The position numbers and the translations under genes are program-made. Shown here piece by piece: positions 39,502 to 49,982 of a stretch of 64,000 nucleotides of DNA; the first letter of the stretch is position 1, and every line of letters begins with the position of its first letter. The notes under the pieces are model-generated. The model did no database searches. It saw only the letters and a program-made list of their open reading frames with translations, and was not told where the DNA came from. The stretch is taken from assembly GCA_000002435.2 (NCBI GenBank), contig CM018790.1, one strand, 5' to 3'. This DNA is from Giardia intestinalis (taxonomy: Eukaryota).

Positions 39502-42500
39502 ATGGAACATCTATCCATCAGGTTCCGTGGTGTTTGCGCAGACACCACGGAAGCACCCATACCCACCAACAAGATTAAGACCCGGAAGTACAATTGGATT
39601 GTTTTTCCCTTTGTTGCTGTCCTCAAACAGTTCCGGCTTTTCTTCAACCAGTTTTTCTTGGTTCTAGCCTTTCTCCAGCTCTATCGCCCTCTTCAAGTTG
39701 GCCTCGCCTTTACATACTACCTTCCTCTATGTTTCATTGTCCTAGTCAGTGTTGGGCGCGAATTGTATGATGAGCTGAATCGAGCAAGACGTGACAAGTC
39801 AGTCAATAGTGGCAAGTACAATATCATTGGCCCCTATGGACTCGTTCCTACTAAGTCCGAAGACATTAAGGTTGGAAGCATCGTGCTTCTAGAGCCAAAT
39901 CAGAGGGTTCCCGCGGACATCGTTATCCTCCAAGCCGTGGGTCATTTGTATGTCAAGACAGTCAATCTGGATGGGGAAACAGATCTAAAGGTCAAGATGC
40001 CTTTGCTTGGTACTGTCGATAGCCCAGAAACACTGGCAGCACCGGACCTGCTCTCTGCAATCCTTGATTCCATCCACGTTACCTATGCCAAGCCATCGGA
40101 TAATCTCTATCACTTTTCCGGGGCTCTTCAAAACGCACAAACTGACGTTGTAATTGGACCCATTACAGTTTCTAATGCAATCTGGATGAATTGCAGTCTT
40201 GCGCGCGGATACGCAACGGGATTGGTTGTCTACACAGGGAAGAGCACACGCATTATGCAGAACCTTGGACGGCGACGGGTTAAACAAGGGTCTCTCGATG
40301 TTGAGCTGAACATGTTTGTCAAGGGCATGTTCATTTTCTGTCTGCTCCTGTCAGCGCTGGTTACATTTGCCACCACAACCAGAAGTATTATCGTCTTTGT
40401 TCGTTGGATCATAATCCTCAGCTCGATTATTCCGTTGGCCATGCAGGTTTCCTATAACTTCGGCAAGCTCGTCATGGCCGGAAGTATTAAGCGGGACGAC
40501 ACCATAAGTGGGATTGAGGTCAGATCAACCGATCTAGCTGAAGAGCTGGGCCGCATTAGCCATGTCTTCAGCGACAAAACAGGGACTCTGACACGGAACG
40601 AGATGTGGCTCCATGAGGTTGTTGGAGAAAAAAGCCCAGCTTGTCTGTCCACGTATTTGATAATTACGCTAGCGAATTGCAGCGCATCGTCCTCTTTGCA
40701 ATCATGACATGTCACAACGTCGAGTTGTTCCGCGAGGATCAGGATTCACCAGAGCAAGATACCGCCCTCAGGCCAAGAAGGAGGAGGCAGCCAAGGACTT
40801 GCTCAGCAAGCACTAGTCAATCATCTGAACAGAGAGTGTCTCAGGAGCCAACTAGCTTTCTCGACGCAAGCATCTCTGAGGCCATCGGGCTCGAAGATCG
40901 ATCTCAGCCTGTGCAGACGCTCTCACTTTCCGATTCACCAACAGAATTGCTCTTTACGCGCCGCGAGATTGACGAAAATCTGATCCTTAATCGATATATT
41001 GGCTCATCTCCCGACGAGGTTGCAATAATAAGAAGCATGCATGCGCGGGGCTATATACTGGAAGAAAAGTCACATAATCTTGTACGCTACACTGCTAGTA
41101 CAGGATCTCAAAAGTTTGAGCTTCTTCATACCTTTCCATTTACATCAGAGACCAAGCGCATGTCTGTCGTCACTCACCACATTGCTACCGGAACCACGTT
41201 TATTTTCGTTAAGGGAGCAGACACAACTATTGAGGCGTCTGCCAAGTACTGTCCATGGCTTCGAAACACCGTCGATGCTTTGGCAGGGCTGGGGCGGAGG
41301 ACCCTCGTGTATGCGTACCGCACGCTCGACGATGACGACCTTAGTAATTTTCATTCATCCATTACTGCTGCGTCTGCAGATCTGGCAAACCGAGATTCCA
41401 TACTCGTGAAATGCGAAGAGACTCTGCTGACAGGGGTGGAGGTCTTGTGTGTAACAGGAATCGAAGATCAGCTCCAGCTCAATGTGAAGGCAACGATCCA
41501 GGATCTGAAAAGAGCAGGAATTAAGTTCTGGATGTTGACCGGAGACAAGGTTGTGACATGTTTGAGCATAGCCCAGTCGTGCGGTTTGCTCCCAAATACA
41601 GCAGTCAAGAAGCATACCAGCAAGCTTCGTGCATCCGAGAATACCGCGCCTTTGACTACTCAGTCGCTGCATCCTGAGGCATGTAAGTATCCAACTACTC
41701 CATCTCTAGACGCTGTATCTATTCCTACAAGATCTGAGATAGAAGTGGGCCAAGAGGATAAGACACCCATGGCAATTCTCCGCAGAGCCATTCGAGATGA
41801 TCCCAATTCCTTCATGAGTGTCACCTCCAGAAGAGAAAAGCGGCTCAATAGAAAGAAACGCCCAGGGTCTCTTGTTTTAGCAAGCACGTGCTATGGGCGC
41901 TTGAGTGAGCATATCTACTTCTTGACAGAGGAGCTCACCCCTGTTGAAATAGTCTCCGTTCTGAAAGAGCTCTCTCAAATGGTTAGCTTCACACATGAGG
42001 TTACCATCGTCATAGACGGATCAGCGCTGGAGAAACTCCTCGGTAATTACCCCGTGGACTACTTCTACACACATGCAATCCATCCCATCACTGGGAACCT
42101 TCTTCCTCTGCACCCGTGTGTAAGGATCTGGAGGAGATTCACCCGCTGGTTACTTATCTACCTCACAGGACACCCCAGACGCGGCAAGGGGAGCCTGGGA
42201 CCAGATGCAGAGACGCGCGAGCTTTTTGCAAGTATTGCTAGCAAGGCAGAAACGGTCCTCTGCTGCCGCTGCACACCAACGCAGAAGGCCCTTGTTGCAG
42301 GTCTCATTTCGGTATACACAGGCAGCAAATCCCTAGGGATAGGCGACGGGGCAAATGACGTCCCCCTGATCGAAACTTGCTCTGTCGGCATAGGACTGCG
42401 GGGCAAGGAGGGCAACCAGGCGGCCAACGCAGCAGACTATGTGATGACAGAATTCCGAGGACTGAAGAAGCTTCTGCTATGGTATGGCAAGTGTAGCTAC

Positions 42501-43526
42501 GTGGGTAGTGCACAGATATGCCAGTTTATCGTCCAGCGCGGGGTTGCGCTATGCTTGCTCCAGATTTGTTTCACCTGCCTTTACTTTTTCACGTCTCTCG
42601 TTCTTCACACCGGGGTACTCCTCTTGGGATACGTGACGCTATTCACAATGTTTCCACCGTTCAACTATTATATTAACGAAGATGTGGACTACCAATTAGT
42701 ACTAAAATACCCAGAAATCTATCGGATTACGTCGCGTGGATCTATTCTGAACCTTAAGACATTTTTTCTCTGGACATTTAGTGGCTTTATTATAGCAGTG
42801 GTAGTGTTTCTTCTCGCATATATCTTCTCGTCGTTTCCCATTTCTGTCAGCGGATTTACGTTTTTCAGTTTCGCCATACTGCTGTGGAGCGAGCTCTGCC
42901 TGATCCTTGTGACTACCCATCGCTTTTCCCTTATGCTCCTCGTTGCCTTGCTTCTCAGCTACTTGATGCTATTCTTGGTTGTTGCCATTTATCCAGGCTC
43001 CTTGACTCGTAGCGAAGTATTTTCTCTAGATATGTTTTGGCGCTTATGCGTAACAAACGCAATATCGGCTGTACTGCTTTTTGTCGGTGAACGCATCGTT
43101 CGCCGGTTCTCTAAGCCAAACGTGGTCCGTATTCTCAGATCAATGAGAAAGCCAGTTTATTGTGCTACATGCAAAGTTCCACGGTGTTGCACGCGTGAGT
43201 CGCAACAGAATGTGGCTGTCATAGGCAAGCCTTCTTTCAACCAAGACCATCCTGGCCTATCTCGCAGCGTCTTACGAGATCGAAGTAAGCCCATGTATAG
43301 AGCAGGCTCTGGGATAAAAACGGAATCCGAATCTGGCTCGGGGTGGCCCTCTGGTATGGTAGTGACGAGCAGATCCTACAGGCGACCCTCTTCATCGAGC
43401 TATGTCCGTCTGCGAGGCATTTACATTCTAAGCTCCACTGGGAGACACTTCTTCAATATGCCGGAGAGTGTTTTCAACATCCTCACACTCAGGATGTGTC
43501 GTCGTTGCGTCAGAATAAATTCTTAG
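39502..43526 (+). CDS. P4-type ATPase (phospholipid flippase). The reading frame is interrupted by a +1/−1 shift at an A6 run near 40626 to 40633.
   Basis: PTNKIKTRKYNWIVFPF.. matches the P4 N-terminal signature. DKTGTLTRNEM is the phosphorylation site. Also present are TGDKVVTCLSIAQSCGLL and GDGANDVPLIE..ADYVMTEFRGLKKLLLWYGKCSY, the P4 'FRxLxxLLLVHG' box. Track ORFs 39448–40707 (frame 1) and 40641–43526 (frame 0) overlap at the homopolymer. The first ATG is at 39502. Confidence 0.8.
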
Positions 43527-43533
43527 ATTCGGA

Positions 43534-46500
43534 TTTACTCCACCCACCGGTTGCTTCCAGTGGTGTGCCGCTGGGGCCTGCCTGGAAGTATGATCCAAAG
43601 ATCTCACAGGTAAGCCTCGCTCAGTCCCTGGCCAGCCCGGAGGCGGGGGCTGGCCACGGGTCGCAGTGATAGCCACAGTGGTGATAGGGAAGAGCTCCCT
43701 CCGTTTGTGGATCTGGGGCCTGTGCGTTCCTCGGCTGTTCTGCGGATGTGCACAGCTGGACTTGAGGCGAAGGAGAGCCCGCGAGGACCAGATCCGTATT
43801 ACGAACGCAAGATCATACCTTTGGGCCCCAGAGAGCAAGCCGTGAGTCTCTACTCGGAGGACCACTTCGAAGACGCTTGCCCTCTCGGCAGGACACACAC
43901 GCTGGCTCTGTGGCCTGCCGTGCGAGAGCGCCAAGCAACCAACCGAGCACCTGAGAGAAGCAAACGATGACAGACACAGAGTGCTGGGCGACGACAAGCT
44001 GATCCTTCCGGCCCACATACCGAACCAGACAGCTGCCATGCTCATCCACCAGGGTGCGCGCATGATCGCGAGCATCGAGCAGGCCGGGACTGGGGTCGCG
44101 CTCCCCGCAATCAGGGGCCTAGACGCCCTGGTGGGAAGCTGCCAGAGGGCCCCTCTGCCAGACAACACCACGGAGCAGTCCCAGAGCAAGGCAGACCCAG
44201 ACCCCGAGAAGGCGAGGCGCCGGATAGCAAACAGGGTGAACAACGCGCTGAGCTTTAATGGCTGCCAGGTCCTCTGTTCCTTGACACACCCACGATAGAC
44301 AAGCCAGAGAAGGCCAAGGCCCCCTCAGCGCGCTACACCCGTGCGTCCCCCCGAAGGCTGCGTTGGCCTTGACTACCCTCCATCGATGAACTCGACAGGG
44401 CTGGAGTGGCAACCGAGGAGGAAATGAGGAAGGCCCTGTTTGGAACTCTCAACAAGAAGGCCTCGGGCGTGTCTGGTCTCGGGCCGGTCCAGCTCAGGCG
44501 ATGAAGCAGAACGACAGCTTTGTGAAATACCTCACGCAGGCGTACAACGAGCTGACCACTCACCCCGAGGCGATACCCGAGGTGACGACCATGTTCGAGT
44601 TCCGGGCGATCCTCATCCCGAAGGAGTCCGACGGATACCCCCGATCGCGATAGGCGGACGGTCACGAACATCTTCCACCGCGTCCTGCTGAAGGGCTGAT
44701 CAGGCATGCCAACTACCTCTCATGCGAGCAGATCGCCTTCAAGCAGAACGCATACGCGGTAGGCGTGAGGAGGGCCCACGAGCTCATCAGCGGGCGGGGA
44801 TGCACGCCGTCTCCCTCGACACAAAGAACGCCCTCAACTCGCTCCCGAGGGCAGAGGTCGTCAGAGCCCTGAACGAGGCGGGCGTCCCGAAGGTCCTGGT
44901 CGACTACATCAGGAACTTCCTCGACCTGAGGCACAGCAAGGACGTGAAGTGCGAGGTCTGCGGCGTCCCCCAGGGCGACCCGCTCAGCACGTTCCTCTTC
45001 TGCATGGCCACCGAGCGCCTCCTGAGACGCCTCGAGGAGAGGGGCATCGCCTTCCTTGCCTATGCAGACGACATCGTGGGGTTCCACGACGAAGGGTACC
45101 CAGCAGGTGTGATAACACAGCAGACCATGGACCTGACGATCAGGAGCGACAAATGCAAGTCCACCATGGCGGGCGAGGAGGTGACCTTCCTCAACCACCC
45201 GGCGTCCCCCACTCCTGCTAGTCTCGCCCCAAAGGCCATCGCAGGTGCCGAGACTGCCTTGAAGAAGATCGAGAATGCCCCAATAACCATCCACCAGAAG
45301 CTCATCCTGGTGTCACTCTGTGTGGTCCCGATGGTGAGCTACGCCCCCCTGGTCGAAGTAACATCGGACAAGGCGGACTACGAGGAGTTCGACAGACGTC
45401 GCACAAGGCATCAGCACTAACCAACAGAAGCTGCGATCGCCTGGTCGACTTCCTAGCGTACCCGAAGGAGAAGGGCGGCCTGGACCTGCTCATGCCTGGA
45501 TTCTACCACGACGAGCTGCGGAGGGTATGGGCCTCCTTGGACGTCAACAAGGGGGCCAGAGACCCGGTGGAGCTGTCGGTGGGCGGCCAGGCACTGCAGG
45601 GGAAGGGGCCTACTTCAACCGCCTCCTCACGCGCACACACCAGCTTCCGGACAGAGCGGCGACGTACTGTCTGCAGATGTGCGGCGTGCTGACCGAGGAG
45701 GAAAGGGCCCTGAAGGAGAAGGGCGGCTCGATCATGGCGCAGAAAGAGGCACCTGCCCGGGCTGCCACGAGGCACGACATGATCGTCGCGTGCCTGTACC
45801 TCCGCGTCTCGGGGAAGCTCAGCGCAGAGCTGGAAGTCAAGACCCACAGCCACCTCAGCGACCAGAACCAGAAGCCCGACATCTGGCTCGTCGACAAGTG
45901 CAAGGCAGTGGACGTGGGTGTCATCCAGCCCCGCCAGATGGATACCACAGCGAGAAGGCCAAGAAGTACAGGGACGGGACGCTCCCGATCATCTACGGGA
46001 CGGACGGATCCCTCCACCCCAGTCCAAGGGGCACCTCAAGGAGCTCCACGTGGACCTCTGTCCGGGCTGCCTTCGCCATCGCCTACATGGCTGCAGAGGC
46101 GAACGAGGACCTGACGGGGCTGATCAGACGGGCCGGGCCGAAAGCCTGGTCACCCCGCCTCCTGTCATCCTACTTCTGACAACCGAATGAGTCCATCCCT
46201 GGGACCCGACGACAACGACCGAGAAGGGGCAAAGACTGGACACACAATCGAGTTGAATCCCAACCAGAAGAGAAAGCCCGCTAGCTGCTGCCGATCTGTA
46301 TGGACAGCATTGAGAATGACAACAAAGACCAGAGCTTCACCAACCGTAAAGGGAGAACAAGGAGAGGCACCCTAGTAGACCAGCGAGCCTGCAGGACGGC
46401 GTGATCTCCAAAAGGACCGATGTGCACACCCAGTCTGAGTGTACTCCTGTAGAATAGCCGAGGAACGCAATAGCTTCTCCCTACAACCGATGTGATTATC

Positions 46501-46610
46501 GTTACGGCCCGTGACCAACCCTCGTCTCCGGACATCGCCAAAAATTGAGCGGGAATTTACTCGCGAGATTTGCGGACAGCGCCCGCAGGCGAGGGCCCAG
46601 CGGCACACAC
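43534..46610 (+). mobile_element. GilD/Genie 2-like degenerate retrotransposon, copy C. About 3.08 kb. It starts 8 bp after the flippase stop codon.
   Basis: Its ORF set is identical to A and B (RT fragment 44722–45420). It sits at a constant 19,695-bp offset from copy A. Its right terminus (..gcgagggcccagcggcacaca) is more diverged than the others. Confidence 0.8.
44722..45420 (+). pseudogene. RT fragment of copy C.
   Basis: Identical 232-aa translation with YADD. Confidence 0.75.
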
Positions 46611-49600
46611 TAAAAAACTTGAGTCAGCCGTTGCACCCGCCGCCCCCAGGACAAAGCTTCTGCACGCATGGCCAGCTGCCCTTGTCAGTCCAGCCTACTG
46701 GTCCAATAGTCTGATGACCCTCTGCCCCGCTCTCTGGTGTATGATATCTCACAACTGCTCATGGGAGTAAGCAGCATGAAAGAGGAATTGCATGTGTGGA
46801 CATTGTGCTATGCTCGTCTCAGAGGACCGAGGTGTCTAACTACAGAGCGCTGCACCGAGCCACATGTTCCATTACCCTGCACTGATGGATGCCTTCATCA
46901 CCGTGCTTGTTGCATTTAGGCTGTGCCTGCTCAACAGACTGAACATGCACTGCATCGACCCTATTTGACGTTGCATCCCGCATGACGTCCAATGGTAAAG
47001 TGGACATCGTACTGCCTGAGCTACCTGTTATCAGCGGAGAATGGCACCAGAGACGCTTCTACGTATCCACACAGTCATTATGCCTGCTTCTCCATCAGCT
47101 GTAGCGATAGCTGTATACCCGGAAGGTCCTGCAGAGCGCCCCATTGCCTTTCAAGATGAGACGTCTGCACCTAAAGCTAAAAACAGAAACCCGTGCACCA
47201 GGTGTCACGAGCCTAGTGTGCTGACCGGCCTAGATCACAATGCACCCGTCAAAGGCCTGTGCATACGTTTGGATGCTCACCGCTAGTGGCAGACGGGCCT
47301 GCGAGAAAGCTCGTCTCTGGCCGCGCTCGCCCCATAACACCTAGTCCTTGGCGACATGCTTCGGTGCGGGAGAATGCTAGGTAGACGTGCAGAGGGCCAC
47401 CTGTAGACGGCCATTTCTGGAGGACCGATTCGCATGGAGAGCGTAGGGGTGACCAGCAGATCAGTGAGGTACGACTGGGACTGGAGAGGCTGGCTGCCGG
47501 TCTGGATTGCAGCGGGGGCACCTGTGTGCCTCTCTGGCCCGCGAGTGTGGAAGGGTCTATCTACCGACAGGCCGAAGACCGCATTTTGATTTTATGCGTT
47601 TACAGCAGCACATTTGTTGGGGGCTGTTCTATCGAGAGGCGAGGATGTTCGCTTTCCCCGTATAGGGCGGGGGTCGATTGGATTGGAGAGGTATACTGTG
47701 CAGGCCAGTATCAGTCGACGCGGCTAGATCTGCAGTGCTACGCGGATGGTTACCTCCATCTTCGGCCAAAGGGTTGGTACACGCATTGCGTAGGTTGGAT
47801 TACTCATCACCCAGGGTAGCATGGCTCGCCCTTGTTCTCTGCTTGCCTACCTCGTGCAACCACTGCTGATAGCCTTCCCAGGTCAGCATGCGGATGCCTC
47901 TACGGTCCCGTAAAGGTATGCATCGTGCAGGCGGCCACCACAGGCCGTCCCGTCTACCAAGGAAAAGGGTCAATCGGTTACTGCATGGGGGTCCTCTGTG
48001 CGCCTTGCATAATCCACCAGGTCTTGTGCTCCTCACCACTCCCTCGCAAGCCCCGTCTGGCTCTCCCCGCCGCTGGAGTCCACGCGCATGTCGTTACTGC
48101 CAAGCACTCTGGCCCAATGGGTCACCTAGAGCGTCGGGTTCTTTGCCCTACGCAGTGAGTGTGCTCGACGTAGGAGATGCACAATCAATAGCAGCCTTCT
48201 CGGCTTCTGGCCTGGATAATGCTATTGTTGCTTCTCATCCGATCAGCTGGCACGAGGGCCCAGCTCATGGCCAACAAGCTGAGAAGGGTCGTTCCGGGAG
48301 GTCTTCAAGCACAGCAGTACCTCGCCAACGGGTAGCTAACAGTGACCGTGGCGCGTACCTCCGCCAAGCCACGGCATCCTGGGGCACGAAATGGGGCCCT
48401 GCCATCCTGCGGCCCTGCTGATTCCCCGGACAGCAGGGATCGGAGCAGCCCAGCTAGCGCCTCTGGGTCTCCGCTTGTCCTCGTTGCCTGAGGTGTGCTT
48501 GGCTCCAGAGACTCAGAAGGGCGCTGTACCATGATCGGGCCTGCATGCCTCAGCCAGGCAGGGCTACCCTCTTGGAGACTGCGCGAGGTAGCCACACATC
48601 CCGGGGACCTGTGGGGAACACCGCAGCCCAATGGAACCCTTACCTGTCGAATGCAGGCCGTAATTGCGGGCTCACCGGTGCAGGACTTCTTAGAATAACC
48701 GGTCGACTGTAGAGCCCCCCACTCGGTCCAGATGAGCGACATCACTCTCATCGATGGGCTACATTGCACGCCGGACAGTCCCACATGCGAGCAAGGGTCA
48801 TCCAGCCCGCAGCAATGAGCATTGGTAGATGTCCTTCACAGCAGCCGCTTTCCTATTGAGATTCGCCAGCCACTGAGGCCCAGGCCGGCCTCCTGCAGGA
48901 TCATTGGTAGGATCGTGCCCGATGCATGTCTGTGGCACTCCCCTCAAGATGCGTGCTGCTGGACTTTCGCTTCCTGCACTGGCCTGCGAACATCGAGCCC
49001 TTCTAGCGGGGCCACACGGAGATCACAAGGATATGGCGTCCTCAGAGACTATCCGGCTTCTGAGCCACACACCGGGGCCCACTTCTCGCAGCGGCATCAC
49101 AGAGAGGCGTATAGAGCCATACCACGCCCTCTGCCAGGCGACATGGTGCACGGATCAAGAGGTAGACGCTCGCACCGGTTGGCCCGAAGGCAGCGATTAG
49201 ATGTTGCTCGATGCCCTTATCAGCGGATGGGCGCCCAGCTACCCTGGTACCCACACGAGGCCACGCTGATCATGGGTCTGGTCACTGGCTATCAAACCAG
49301 CACAGTCTCCCTGGATCTCGTCTCTCATGAAGGCAGCCTAACACAGAGAGCCCTGTGTCACTCACACCAACAGGCCAAGGTACCCCGGGCCCGGGTGCTT
49401 CCGATGATAGAGCGGTGGCACCAGAGTGACTCAGGGAGTGATGGGGTCCTCTCCATCAGCTCGGGAGACAGCGCGGTCTGGGCAGTGCTCCCCCTTGGCT
49501 AGGCACGGGAGGACTGACCCGTCTCTGAGTTCCACTTAGCACTCTGTCACGCAATGAAGAACCTTAGTGGCACTTAGTACAAGAGATCAGGGCTATACAC

Positions 49601-49956
49601 ACACCAGATCAGAGCGCCCCGTGAGCCAGTCTCTGCTGATCCACATCTTCTATGGACTCGGTATCTCCTCCAGAGACTGCGAGGATCCGCTTTCGGGTGC
49701 TATCCGTCAGGCAACCGGGCCAGCAGGGGTCGTCTGGGGGGACGCCACAGGGACAGAGAGAGCACTGGCACACGGGGGTCCACAAGGGGTCGATCCGCAC
49801 AGGGAAGGCACAAGGCCCAGCTCTCCGAGGATGTAGAGACACCGGAAGAGGGACTAGCGAGAGGCTGCAGGCACGTGGGTGGTCCCGTGCCTATTCATGG
49901 ACTTTCTGTTTCCCTGCACGGTGGGCTGAGTATCACAGGCCACACGTAGTGGATGC

Positions 49957-49963
49957 GTTTACT
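49957..49963 (-). promoter_or_regulatory. AGTAAAC polyadenylation signal of the VSP gene.
   Basis: The plus strand reads gtttact. On the minus strand it is AGTAAAC, about 20 nt downstream of the CRGKA stop codon. Confidence 0.65.
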
Positions 49964-49982
49964 ACCTAAGTCATATCTAAAT

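Noticed and set aside
39267-39647. 126-aa minus-strand ORF spanning the NSF/flippase promoter region
   Set aside because: It overlaps the conserved N-terminus of the flippase on the opposite strand. It has no recognisable motif.
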